Below are positions 48,727 to 58,652 of a stretch of 64,000 nt of DNA, one piece after another. The notes under the pieces were generated by a model, which saw only the letters and a list, made by a program, of their open reading frames with translations, was not told where the DNA came from and ran no database searches. The DNA comes from Opitutia bacterium. Its GTDB lineage: Bacteria > Verrucomicrobiota > Verrucomicrobiia > Opitutales > T3Sed10-336. A program made the position numbers and the translations under genes. Numbering within the stretch: the stretch's first letter is position 1; every line of letters starts with the position of its first letter. The stretch lies in contig JBJHCF010000008.1 in NCBI GenBank assembly GCA_050506795.1, positions 1 to 64,000 of the forward strand, in the 5' to 3' direction.

Positions 48727-48904
48727 CTCATTTCCATGATGGAAGAACGGCTCGACGCCCTGGGGATCAAGTAGGCGGTCATCACCGCCTATCCGCCGCC
48801 GTTGAAATAGCGGTTGGTTCCCAGCGCCTCGACGGCTTCGCCGATCCGTTGAAGCGCCAGAACATAGGCGGCACGCCGCATGGAAATCCCGTGTCGATCC
48901 GCCA
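48727..48904. pseudogene. Diverged duplicate of the convergent 3' ends of the 41652 ORF and gdhA
   Basis: Aligns to 42021-42204, with mostly third-position differences. Confidence 0.85.
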
Positions 48905-49062
48905 CGACCTATGCTACAGGCGAAGGCCCGATGCGGCGGGCTCTGGTCTATCAGGGAATTTTTCAATCCACCACGAACTCCAGTTCGTACTCCCCCCACG
49001 GACGTCCATCGCCGTTGGGGTCGAGGGAGCCGCCGGTGTGGGCGTGGCGGATGGCGGCGCTG

Positions 49063-49440
49063 CTAATCGATTTTTGGCCAAAAGCGAACGTGCCCGCGTT
49101 CCAAAATCGTGAGACGCCGCGGCAGGCTCTTTACGAGGTCCGGCTTGAGCAGTAAGGATTCAAGGACATCCGCAATCTCATTGGCCCTGTCGTATTCCGG
49201 AACTCGAAGGACGAGTATGCCGGGGCAATCTTGTGGCGGGTGCGCGCGAATGTCGGCGAAATCCAGATCGCGAGTCACCAAAATAGCCTCCATCGCCTTC
49301 GCACGCTCCGCGATCAACGGATCAGGAGCATCGGCCAGGCCTATGTCTCTGACATGCTCGGCTCGATGTCCGTGCTTTTTCAAGACAGCCCATGCGGATC
49401 GCGGCAGGTTCGCATCGACGAGGAAGCGCTGGGACATCAC
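49063..49440 (-). CDS. DUF5615 PIN-like toxin
   Basis: 'RFLVDANLP', 'HVRDIGL..APD..I', 'LVTRDLDF'. Confidence 0.88.
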   Translation of the reverse strand: MMSQRFLVDANLPRSAWAVLKKHGHRAEHVRDIGLADAPDPLIAERAKAMEAILVTRDLDFADIRAHPPQDCPGILVLRVPEYDRANEIADVLESLLLKPDLVKSLPRRLTILERGHVRFWPKID

Positions 49441-49664
49441 GCCGAAAGCGGGTAAAAAGACCGTTCGTTGAGGAGATCCCCGGCGAATTTAAGGGCCGAC
49501 CGGATCTGTTCCTCCGTGAGGTCGTACTCCCTTGCCACCTCATCGAACGACATTCCACCCGCCAGGCTTCCCACCACAATCGCAACCGGCACGCGGGTTC
49601 CCGCGATGACGGGTTTGCCGTGGCAGATCGAGGGGTCAATCACGATGGAGTTCGACGGATTCAT
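49437..49664 (-). CDS. DUF433 antitoxin
   Basis: 'IDPSICHGKPVIAGTRVPV', 'YDLTEEQIRSALKFA'; overlaps the toxin start. Confidence 0.9.
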   Translation of the reverse strand: MNPSNSIVIDPSICHGKPVIAGTRVPVAIVVGSLAGGMSFDEVAREYDLTEEQIRSALKFAGDLLNERSFYPLSA

Positions 49665-50006
49665 ACCACCATTGTCGCACTTACCCAGTCGAATGCAAGT
49701 CGGGATCGACCGGGTAACCGCGGGTGATCCAAATCTCATTCGAAACGGTGCGACCTACGGAATGCCGGATAAGAACACCATCGTTATCTGGATCGGCGAT
49801 GCCTCGTCCGGCACGCCCGCGATCCGATTCGAGATCGATTGCGCCCGATGCCTTTTCTATCCGGAGGCATAGTCCCCCTACTTCAGCCACAAAGAGCACA
49901 AGGATCACGGGAGGAAAGGAGCTCCGTTGTCATCAATGGTTACCGTGATTCCTTGCCAAATCCTCTCCTCAATTTTCGCTATTCGCTGTTTGCCCCGGGT
50001 TCCATC

Positions 50007-50072
50007 CGCCGGCTTAAGCACGGCGCTACGGAGTGAGGGGCTGGTCGCGTAGGTCCGCGCTTAAGCCGGACC
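50007..50072. repeat. Inverted pair of GTAG-type REP-like palindromes
   Basis: CGCCGGCTTAAGCACGGCGCTAC and GTAGGTCCGCGCTTAAGCCGGACC. Confidence 0.8.
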
Positions 50073-50246
50073 TTTCAAGTTGTGCAGGGTCACCGGGGTT
50101 ACAACTTCAAAGCCCATTCGAACCAGTGAGGGACCTCAATTCTCAACTGATCACGAAGCGGTGGAATACACGGGATTTTGGCGGGCAGAATGCCCGCGTT
50201 CCCAATGATTCCGACGCCACGTCCCTCGCCGCCCGCTGCCCGTTGA

Positions 50247-51227
50247 TCACCGCTCCGACTCGAAGAGGTCCGTATCGGGGTGGAACGACGCCCACGCGAA
50301 CCAGAAGGTGTGGACGGTGTGAACCCCTTCGGGTTTTTCAACAACGCGGATCGAGCCGCCGTCCGAAGACGCTTCCAATACGATCCGGCCCGCCGGCGTC
50401 TCGTCCACCACGCGCCCGTCCGGCGCCGCCGCCACTTGTGCGACGGAATAAGCCCTCGCGAATCCGTCGGCTTGAACGCCGACGACGGGCTCCTTTTCCG
50501 GGAGGCGATCGTCGTCGCCACCCTTCGCCGGAAACATCAATCCCTCCCCTTGAAAGTACGCTTCATACGGATTGCGCTCGTAATTGCGCCTGTATCCGGT
50601 TTTGAACGTGGCGACTGTCGATCCCGGATGTTCCGCGCGCCATTGGTCGAACGTGGACAGCTTCCATGGCAGATGTTCCAGCGGCCGTCCCGCGTGCGGT
50701 CCGCTGATGGCCTTGAACGCGATCTGCGACCAGAGAGCATCGTGAGTTCGGTCGTACATCAGGACGTTCGAATTGTACAAGAGTCCGCTGATTCCGAACT
50801 CAAAGACCTCTCCATCGATCCGGCGGTCGAAGACGCTCGCCGAATCGCAGAGAGGGCAATAGATGGCGGTGAAATAGGTGTCTCCGAGACGGTCGTTCAC
50901 GGCTTCATGCCAGTTCAAAAGACGGATCGGATAAGCGCGCGCCTCGCCTTCGAACGACACTCCCAGCACGCGGTCGTCGTTCTCGAGAAAATCCACCTCA
51001 TCGACGGGAACCACATCGGGATCCGTCAGCGCCGGGATCCCGTCTTTCGGGGGTCCCCCGCGGTGGATCTCATTGAGCGGGACGCGAACATCGCTCATGT
51101 CGAACTGGTCGAAAAACGAATTGCTCCCTCCCGCTCGACCGCCGTTCGAAAGGACGAACAGAATTCCAAACGACAGCACGACACCCGCGATGCCGGCCCC
51201 TCCCATGATTTTGATCATTCTATGCAT
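50247..51227 (-). CDS. DUF3179 domain protein
   Basis: 'GGPPKDGIPAL', 'RAYP..LLNWHEAVND', 'YCPLCDS', 'FGISGLLYNSN', 'FWFAW'. Confidence 0.9.
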   Translation of the reverse strand: MHRMIKIMGGAGIAGVVLSFGILFVLSNGGRAGGSNSFFDQFDMSDVRVPLNEIHRGGPPKDGIPALTDPDVVPVDEVDFLENDDRVLGVSFEGEARAYPIRLLNWHEAVNDRLGDTYFTAIYCPLCDSASVFDRRIDGEVFEFGISGLLYNSNVLMYDRTHDALWSQIAFKAISGPHAGRPLEHLPWKLSTFDQWRAEHPGSTVATFKTGYRRNYERNPYEAYFQGEGLMFPAKGGDDDRLPEKEPVVGVQADGFARAYSVAQVAAAPDGRVVDETPAGRIVLEASSDGGSIRVVEKPEGVHTVHTFWFAWASFHPDTDLFESER

Positions 51228-51359
51228 AATAGCTCCTTCCGACTCTCCTGTGTAAACCGGTTCAAGCATTCGACGACTCACTCGCCGGAAAATTCCGCCC
51301 CTTCGCTCCTTGGACCGGGTTTCCGAGCGCAACCGCCATTAACTCGCGTCCCCCAAAAA

Positions 51360-51410
51360 GTCCGGCTGAAAGCACGGACCTACCGCGTAGCGCCGTTCTT
51401 CAGACGGCGC
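51360..51410. repeat. Inverted pair of GTAG-type REP-like palindromes
   Basis: GTCCGGCTGAAAGCACGGACCTAC-cgc-GTAGCGCCGTTCTTCAGACGGCGC. Further copies at 51814-51837 and 51876-51898. Confidence 0.75.
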
Positions 51411-52163
51411 ACAGCACCCATAGCAAACAACGAGGCACTCGATTTTCGGGAATCAATACACCTTCCAAACGTCTTAAATGCGTCATGAAATCACTACCGG
51501 GACTGATCATATTGTTGTTCGCTCTGGCGGTCACGGCCTATGTCCCCCGTTATCATCACGGATTCCGGCACCACCGCTTTCACCATCGTCGCCATTTCCA
51601 CCATCGCCGCGGGGGATTCTACGGGTATCACTATTATCACCATTATTAGCAGTGAGGCGCAGCCTCAGACCCAAGCGTAGCATCCCGCCCTGCGGGATGA
51701 CCCCGAACCGGGAATCGATATTTAACCACAGACGAAGCAGAGCGCAGATGGGCACAGACAGGGGCGTGGGGTTGGTTGTTGGACGGCGCGGAGCTACGGG
51801 GAATCTGGAACTCGTAGCGCCCTGCTTTAAGCGGGCGTTTGGCCGGCGTGAGGACGACGGTTGCCGTGACGAAGACTCCGGCTGAAGCACGGAGCTACGG
51901 GCGAGTTCGGAACTCATTAAAGCATTGCTGAACGGTGAAGCTTCTCACACGGAGGTGAGCCCAATTTCCGTTGTATTCATGGATTTGTTAACCGCATAAC
52001 AAACCAGAATTAATGACAACGTGAAATTCCCCCGAAACCGATCCGCAAAGATACCAAGCCTCTGCCTTTGAATCTGAGTCATCAGTCCTGCAATCTGTGG
52101 TCAAAAAATCCGTGATAAGCCGTCGTTTCTCAGCCATGCCAGATTGCTAAATCACTCCGGATC

Positions 52164-53414
52164 CTAATCTGGCTTCCGCCGTTCCGGATGTTCAAAGGAA
52201 AAATCCCCGGCACGGACCATGTCCAGTATCTCCTCGATCTTCGGGCGGTCTCCCCAATACGTTCCGTGATACGCGAGCCGGACGACGCCTTCCTTGTCCA
52301 CGATCACCGTAGCCGGCCGGTTGATCCATTCGGCGTGCACGACGTACTGCATGGGATCGACGCCATAGGTAGCCCCCACGCCACACGCCAGATCGACGAG
52401 ATGCGGCCACCAGCGGCCATCCAGATATCCCGCCTGCGGCGAGTCGTCACGGCTGAACCAATAAGTCGGCTGCATCTCTTCTCCGGTCATCACCCGGCTG
52501 CGAAAACGGTCGTGGCATTCGATGGTAAACACCTGAATATCCTCTTTTTCAAATTCCTCGCGCAGGCGAATCAAATCCTGAAACTCCCCGTGACAGACCG
52601 GGCACCAATCGGCGAAAATCCAGATCAGCACCACAGTTTTCTCACCGCGAAAGTCCGACAAGCGCCATGTCCTGCCCTCCGTATCTTCGAGTTCGAAATC
52701 GACAGCCGGCTCGCCTTCTTTCAGGCGCCGAAAATCATTTTCGTCGAGCGCAAGGTAAGCCCTGGCGAGACTGTCGTCGATGCCGAGACCGTTTTCGATC
52801 TGGTAAACCGAAATTTCGCACTGGTGGCGGACATCCCGGCTGGAGTCGTCGTTCGCCCGCTCGCGGAGCACATCCAGCGCGCGCTCCTCGCCGATCTGCC
52901 CGAGAGCCACCGCGGCCTGGCTGCGCACCGTTTCGTCCGGATCCGTTCGGAGGCGCTCGCTCAAGGCTTCGACCGCGGATCCGGCGCGAAGCACCCCGAG
53001 CGCCGTCGCTGCGACATGCCGGACGTGCGGATTCTCATCATCGAGAGACTCGATCAAAACCGGTATCCCCTCCTCCCCGAGCCGTACCGCGTCGCGAATC
53101 GCGAGCGTCCGAACCCGCCAGCCGTCGTCGTCCATGTCGGCGACGCCGTGGACGTCCAATTCCCGGTCGTAAGTAAACCCGTCACGCAACGGGTGAAAAC
53201 GGTGCTCCCTCAATTCATCAAACATAGGCGTTTCAGTTTCATTTTCCTGCGCTGCTGCTGCGTGCAGGCCCGCAAGCAATCCGGCAAGACCAACCGCCGT
53301 GCCGGCACACGATCTCGCCAAAGCAGTTAAAAGTAAACGAACGCGTTCTTCATGCATCCTGGTAATGACGAGCGAACCCTTCGAATATTTCAGCTCGCCT
53401 GTTTGTTTACTCAT
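52164..53414 (-). CDS. HEAT-repeat / AhpC-TSA (redoxin, WCPVC) fusion protein, probably exported
   Basis: HEAT repeats 'VRHVAATALG' and 'VRSQAAVALG'; 'DFELEDTEG', 'ADWCPVC', 'RPATVIVDKEG'; ATGA overlap with pstB. Confidence 0.85.
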   Translation of the reverse strand: MSKQTGELKYSKGSLVITRMHEERVRLLLTALARSCAGTAVGLAGLLAGLHAAAAQENETETPMFDELREHRFHPLRDGFTYDRELDVHGVADMDDDGWRVRTLAIRDAVRLGEEGIPVLIESLDDENPHVRHVAATALGVLRAGSAVEALSERLRTDPDETVRSQAAVALGQIGEERALDVLRERANDDSSRDVRHQCEISVYQIENGLGIDDSLARAYLALDENDFRRLKEGEPAVDFELEDTEGRTWRLSDFRGEKTVVLIWIFADWCPVCHGEFQDLIRLREEFEKEDIQVFTIECHDRFRSRVMTGEEMQPTYWFSRDDSPQAGYLDGRWWPHLVDLACGVGATYGVDPMQYVVHAEWINRPATVIVDKEGVVRLAYHGTYWGDRPKIEEILDMVRAGDFSFEHPERRKPD

Positions 53415-54265
53415 AAATCACCCCACGTCTCCAGGTCCTCCATGCGCTCGAACAGGCTTCGGCAGGCCGGGTTGCCGAACACGGCATCGCAGCACCCCTG
53501 CTCCAGTATCTCTCCGGCTCCGTTCCGAACACAGACACAGGCGATGCGGTCGGTAACGCGCCGGGCCTGGTCGAGATTGTGCGTGACCAGCAGGACCGTC
53601 CGGCGCTCGCGCATGCCGAGGATCAATTCCTCGATTGCCTCGCTCGAACGAGCGTCCAGAGCACTGGTGGGCTCGTCCATCAGGAGCATCTCCGGATCCA
53701 GGGCCAGAGCCCGGGCCAGGCAAAGACGTTGCTGCTGCCCCGTCGAAAGGTTCCGCGCGGAATCCTTGAGCCGGTCCTTCAACTCCCCCCAAAGGTGCGC
53801 CTCGCGCATTGCCCGTTCGACGACTTCGGCCCGCTCCGATCGAGGTACACCTTTCACTCGGCGCACCCCGAAGAGAACATTCTCGGCGATGGACACCGGA
53901 AATACGCTCGGTTGCTGGAAGACCATCCCGATCCGCACGCGCAAGGCATCGGTATCGACACGGCGAGACAGAATATCTTCTCCCCGGTAGAGGATCCGGC
54001 CTCGGACGCGAAAGCCCGGCTGCAAATCCACCAGACGGTTGATCGTTCGAAGCAGCGTACTCTTCCCCGCTCCCGAGGGTCCCAGGATGCCGAAGATTTC
54101 GCCCGGCTGAACATTGAGCGAAACACGGTTTAGAATGCTCTTGCCTTGCGCGGTAACGGAAACGTCCTCCAGAGCCAGCACGGGCGCTTGCGAGTTCTCG
54201 ATACCGCCGAGCGCAACGGTTTCTTCAGGATTCCCATCGGATTTCTGATTTTCAATCGGTTCCAT
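53411..54265 (-). CDS. pstB: Phosphate ABC transporter ATP-binding protein
   Basis: 'GPSGAGKSTLLRTINR', 'GMVFQQP', 'LSTGQQQRLCLARAL', 'MDEPTSALD'. Confidence 0.9.
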   Translation of the reverse strand: MEPIENQKSDGNPEETVALGGIENSQAPVLALEDVSVTAQGKSILNRVSLNVQPGEIFGILGPSGAGKSTLLRTINRLVDLQPGFRVRGRILYRGEDILSRRVDTDALRVRIGMVFQQPSVFPVSIAENVLFGVRRVKGVPRSERAEVVERAMREAHLWGELKDRLKDSARNLSTGQQQRLCLARALALDPEMLLMDEPTSALDARSSEAIEELILGMRERRTVLLVTHNLDQARRVTDRIACVCVRNGAGEILEQGCCDAVFGNPACRSLFERMEDLETWGDL

Positions 54266-55103
54266 GACTGGTACGGGTTTTCAGGCGCAGGGGCAGCGCC
54301 GTCAGGTTAACAACAAAAACGAGCATCACCAGCACCAGGGCCGCTCCCCAAAGTTGCTCCTGTGCGCCGGGATGGAAACTGTCCTGGGCCAAAACAAAAA
54401 TATGGTACGGCAGGGCCAGGACCGGATTGTCGCGAATGCCGTCCGGCAAGGTGGCACCCGAAAACACCGCCGCCACAAAAAGAATGGGCGCCGTCTCCCC
54501 CGCCGCACGCGCCAACCCCAGCAGCGACCCGGTCGCCAGGCTTCCAAAACTTTGCGGGAGGATTACCGAGGTGATGATCCTCGAACGCCGCAACCCCAGT
54601 CCCGCCGCCGCTTCCCATTGTTCGGGAGGAATGGCTCCGATGCCCTTGATCAGCGACACCGTCACCGTCGGCAAGATCATCAACGCCAGCACCGCTCCGC
54701 CGGCCAGCCAGGACTTGCCCATCCCCAGGATCTGCACGAAGAAGAGCAGGCCGAGAATGCCAAAAAGAATCGAAGGCAGCGCCGCCGCAAGATGTAGAGT
54801 GCCCAGCAAACTGTTCCGTGCTCTTTTCGGGAGATACACGGTCTGCGCCAAGGCCAGTCCCACCGCCAGCGGTACGGCCAACGCGAGCGAGGTCACCACC
54901 AGGATAACGGTTCCCAGAATCTGGTACCGCAACCCGCCTTCCGCGCCGGCCGCGGTACTCGGATCGACCAGCAAACTCCAGCTCAACGCCCCGACCCCGC
55001 GCCAAAGGATCCATCCCATCAAACCCGACGCGATCACCGCGCAACCGATCGCCGCGACTCCCGCGATCCACGCCACACCAAGATTTAACACCCGCCGTCT
55101 CAC
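54252..55103 (-). CDS. pstA: Phosphate ABC transporter permease
   Basis: 'LPSILFGILG', 'LGLARAAGETAPIL', 'LPYHIF'; GTGA overlap with the pstC stop. Confidence 0.88.
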   Translation of the reverse strand: MRRRVLNLGVAWIAGVAAIGCAVIASGLMGWILWRGVGALSWSLLVDPSTAAGAEGGLRYQILGTVILVVTSLALAVPLAVGLALAQTVYLPKRARNSLLGTLHLAAALPSILFGILGLLFFVQILGMGKSWLAGGAVLALMILPTVTVSLIKGIGAIPPEQWEAAAGLGLRRSRIITSVILPQSFGSLATGSLLGLARAAGETAPILFVAAVFSGATLPDGIRDNPVLALPYHIFVLAQDSFHPGAQEQLWGAALVLVMLVFVVNLTALPLRLKTRTSHGTD

Positions 55104-56044
55104 GCCCGCCCCTTTCCTTTGCCCTGCAAAAACCGGGCGGTCCCCAGGCAGACGACCGTGATGGCCACCAGAATCAAACACAGCCCCATCATCGCGCCCC
55201 AGTGCAACGGGTCGCCGGCAGCCAAGTGGGTTTCCGGCCCGCCGAGCTTCGAGGTCAACGTCTGCCCCGGCTGAAAAATCATCTCCAACGAAAACCACTT
55301 CTCCGGCAACTGGTTGTCCATCCGTCCCACCACCAGAAACACCGCGATCGTCTCGCCCAGCGCCCGGCCCAGCGCCAGCAGGGCGGCGCCCACCACGGCA
55401 GGCCAGGCCTGCGGCAACACCACGAGGAGCACGGTCTCGCCCCGAGTCAGGCCGAGGCCGCGTGCCGCAGCGCGCTGATCCTGATCGACCCCGCGCAAGG
55501 CGTCGTCGGACAGCGTCACCGTCAAGGGCAATGCCATCACCGCCAGCAACAAGCCCGCCGTCAAGAGCGTGTCCCCGGTCCATCCCCCGAACGGCTCCAC
55601 CGCGACGCCCACCCACTCCCGAAGCACCAGCACCCCGAACAGCCCGTACACCACCGACGGCACCGAAGCCAAAGCCTCCACAAGGAGTTTCATCCCCCAG
55701 CGCAGCCGGCGCGGCAGGTACTCCGACAAAAACACCGCCGCCAGCACCCCCAGCGGCGCCGCCACCAGAACCGCGATCGCCGCAACCGCGACCGACCCGT
55801 AAAGCATCGCCCCGGCGCCGAACAGTTCGTGGCGGTAAAACCATTCGCCTCCCAGCAAAAACCCCCACCCCTCGTGCCGCCATATCAGCAGCGACTGCCA
55901 AAGCAGGGTTGCCCCGGCAAAGAGGAACAACCCTCCCGAAAGTATCAGAGATCCCCATACGAGAGTCGCCCAGGGATCGCGGGTAAAACACCCGGTGCTG
56001 GCTAAAGCCGGGCACTCCTTTTCTATAGCATGCGCCCGCGTCAC
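55100..56044 (-). CDS. pstC: Phosphate ABC transporter permease
   Basis: 'AVFLSEY', 'LASVPSVVYGLFG', 'GRALGETIAV'. Confidence 0.9.
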   Translation of the reverse strand: MTRAHAIEKECPALASTGCFTRDPWATLVWGSLILSGGLFLFAGATLLWQSLLIWRHEGWGFLLGGEWFYRHELFGAGAMLYGSVAVAAIAVLVAAPLGVLAAVFLSEYLPRRLRWGMKLLVEALASVPSVVYGLFGVLVLREWVGVAVEPFGGWTGDTLLTAGLLLAVMALPLTVTLSDDALRGVDQDQRAAARGLGLTRGETVLLVVLPQAWPAVVGAALLALGRALGETIAVFLVVGRMDNQLPEKWFSLEMIFQPGQTLTSKLGGPETHLAAGDPLHWGAMMGLCLILVAITVVCLGTARFLQGKGKGRA

Positions 56045-56898
56045 AACCCCGCCTCCTCCAGCGACAGGTAACCGTGCCTGCGTACCAGCCTCTGCCCCTC
56101 CGGCCCGAGGAGAAATTCGACCAACTCCCGGGCCGCGCCCTCGGGTTCGCCGTCGGTTACCAGCAACAACGGCCGGCTCAACGGATAACCCCCGTTTGCC
56201 AGGGCTTCGCCCCCGGGTCGGATGGTCTCACCCGAATCGTTGACGATTCCCAGGGCAAACACCGTCCGCCCGTCCACCCAGGAAGCAGAGAGTTGTGAAA
56301 GCGCACCCCGCGTGCGCGACACCTTGGTTCGCACCTCCTCGTTCGCCCCGACCTCCGGGTGGCTCACCGGCGGGGCCTCGCCCGGATCGCCGTACAACCA
56401 TTCCGCAAACACCGACCACGTTCCGCGCCCGGGTTCCTTGTTAAAGAACACCACCCGGCGGTCCGGGCCGCCGAACTCTTTCCAGCTGACACCCGGCCGC
56501 TCGTAGATCACCTGCACCTGCTCGCGCGAGAGCGAACGCACACCCGCTCCCCAGACGTCCGGCCCGACCACCAACGCGACCGCGTCCACCGCGATGACCG
56601 TCTCATGGAAATCGATACTGGGATGACGCCGGCGGTCCTCGTCGCCGATCGCTTTCGAAGACATCCCCACCTCCGCCGCACCCGTCCCCACGGCACGAAT
56701 GCCGCCGGCGCTGCCGCCCAACGTGTCGATCCGATAGCGGATCCCCCGTTCCTCACGGAGAATCTCCAGGGCCTCCGTGACCACCGGATTCATCGTGGTG
56801 GACCCCTGTACCCGCAGCACCTCTCCGAACAGAGCCGGCGAAATCGTCCCGGCCAGCATCACACCCCAGACCAACAGCACAAGCTTGCGGAAACCCAT
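56041..56898 (-). CDS. pstS: Phosphate-binding periplasmic protein
   Basis: 'VQGSTT', 'GGSAGGI', 'GMSS', 'AVDAVALVV', 'YPLSRPL'. Confidence 0.88.
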   Translation of the reverse strand: MGFRKLVLLVWGVMLAGTISPALFGEVLRVQGSTTMNPVVTEALEILREERGIRYRIDTLGGSAGGIRAVGTGAAEVGMSSKAIGDEDRRRHPSIDFHETVIAVDAVALVVGPDVWGAGVRSLSREQVQVIYERPGVSWKEFGGPDRRVVFFNKEPGRGTWSVFAEWLYGDPGEAPPVSHPEVGANEEVRTKVSRTRGALSQLSASWVDGRTVFALGIVNDSGETIRPGGEALANGGYPLSRPLLLVTDGEPEGAARELVEFLLGPEGQRLVRRHGYLSLEEAGL

Positions 56899-57042
56899 AC
56901 CTCGCAAAGACGAACACGCCCTGTCGATATTCCCCCAGTCGGCCAAGTTGCTTTCGGAATCGGATTTTGGAACGTCTTATCAGGTTCTCATGGAAACCTG
57001 GGTGGTGGCGACCCGCAACATGGCGAAACCGGTTCCGGAGAA

Positions 57043-58185
57043 TCAGCAGCATCCCCCTTCCCGGCATTCCGCCGCTTCGGTGGTGGCGGAGTAGTCGGTG
57101 CCTTTGGTTTCGCGGGGATCGCGTTTCGCCGCGCGGCGACAGGCAAACGGCTGCGCCTCTTCGGGCGGGACGGCTTCGTGCGGTTCCAGGAAGACGAACG
57201 CATCGGCGTAGGGAGCGTTTTGGAGAAGCCGGAAGGTTTTATCGCACACGGCGATCCGCCGGCCCCGGGGATAACGGTGTCCGTCGTCGTCGAGGGCCTC
57301 CTTGAACGGCCCCCGGTACACCACCGCCTGCCGGTGCTCAAAGCACGGTCCCTGCTTCCCTTTCCATGCCTGCACGGTGACGGAACGGAACTCGATGCCT
57401 TCCACGGCGCGCCAGGGTTCGGTTTCGAATTTCAAACACTCCATCCCGTAAAAGCCGGCGTCGGCGAAGGCCTGGATAAACGCCTCCTCGGTCAGGGCGC
57501 CCGAGATGCACCCGCTCCACAGTTCCGGATCGTTCCGCATCGCTTCGGGGACGGGCTCGTCGCTGACGATGTCGGAAATCACCGCGCGCCCTCCCCGGCG
57601 AAGGATCCGGAAAATCTCCTGGAAAAGGCGGGCTTTCTCCCGTTCGTCCACCAGGTTCAAGACGCAGTTCGACACCACCACATCCACCGAGTCGGACGCC
57701 ACCAGCGGTCGTTTGACCCGCAATTCCTCCGCCAATTCGTCGGCGGCCAGAAAGGATGCGGCGTCGGTGATCGGACGTTTTTTCAGCTCGGCGTCGAGCA
57801 GTTCGAGATCGAGCCCGAGATCCTGGATGCGGCCCTTGCGAAACTCCACGTTCGCGAAGCCGATGTTTTCCGCCACCACCGGCGCGTTCCGCCGGGCGAC
57901 TTCGAGCATGTCATCGGTCATGTCGACCCCGATCACCTTCCCTTGCGGCCCCACCACCTGGGAGGCAATGAAACAAATCTTGCCGGTTCCGGAACCCAAA
58001 TCCAGCACCGTTTCACCTTCACGCAAGTAACGAGAAGGATCCCCACACCCGTAGTCCCGCTCGACTACCTCCTGCGGAATCGGCTTGAGATAACGAACAT
58101 CGTACTCGACGGGACAGCAAAGGGCGGGTTCGCTGGCGTTCGCAGCGGCGGCATAACGTTCTTTAACGACGGATTCATTTTTCAT
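57043..58185 (-). CDS. arsM: Arsenite methyltransferase-like SAM-dependent methyltransferase
   Basis: 'LCCP', 'YGCGDP', 'LDLGSGTG', 'SNCVLNL', 'WSGCISGA', C-terminal CC. Confidence 0.7.
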   Translation of the reverse strand: MKNESVVKERYAAAANASEPALCCPVEYDVRYLKPIPQEVVERDYGCGDPSRYLREGETVLDLGSGTGKICFIASQVVGPQGKVIGVDMTDDMLEVARRNAPVVAENIGFANVEFRKGRIQDLGLDLELLDAELKKRPITDAASFLAADELAEELRVKRPLVASDSVDVVVSNCVLNLVDEREKARLFQEIFRILRRGGRAVISDIVSDEPVPEAMRNDPELWSGCISGALTEEAFIQAFADAGFYGMECLKFETEPWRAVEGIEFRSVTVQAWKGKQGPCFEHRQAVVYRGPFKEALDDDGHRYPRGRRIAVCDKTFRLLQNAPYADAFVFLEPHEAVPPEEAQPFACRRAAKRDPRETKGTDYSATTEAAECREGGCC

Positions 58186-58400
58186 ATTTTTCGAGCACTG
58201 GTTGGGTGATTCTCTGATTCGGACGAGCCGGTCAGGAGATTATTCCCGGATTCCGGCTTCATCGCGCGAAGTCGAATCACCGGATCTCATCGTGCCTTCA
58301 GATTGCCCTGCACCAGGTTCCCTGGACATGGAATAAACTCCTTTTCGTTTCGTCTTCCCATGACGGAGATTTGCAGCCTGGTGATTCGAGATTTGAAAGG

Positions 58401-58652
58401 TCAATCCAGCATTCCTTCCGTCGGATCCAATCCATCCAAAACCAACCCCGGATGCCCCAGTCCCACTCTCTCGAGCAAGACCCCCGTCCCGCACCCGACA
58501 TCCAGCACGCGCTCGTCACCGCGCAGTTCCAACGCCTCCAGGGTTCGCCCGACCGAAACGCCCACGTAATGCCGCCAGCGTTGGTCGTAAATACCCGCAA
58601 GCGAATTATATTCGTCCCTAACATCCATCTGACCCATCAGACCCATAAACAA
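58401..58652 (-). pseudogene. Truncated paralogue of the 43689-44324 methyltransferase
   Basis: 'DEYNSLAGIYDQRWRHYVGVSVGRTLEALEL...DPTEGMLD*' matches the first ~80 aa of the intact gene, then stops. Confidence 0.88.

Noticed and set aside
51531..51917. 128-aa low-complexity ORF with a G/D/N-rich tail
   Set aside because: It runs through REP and other repeats with no RBS or recognisable domain; probably spurious or a remnant.
55104..56015. 587-aa pstA with a long N-terminal extension
   Set aside because: The extension overlaps pstC in another frame. The GTGA-coupled start at 55103 is more plausible.
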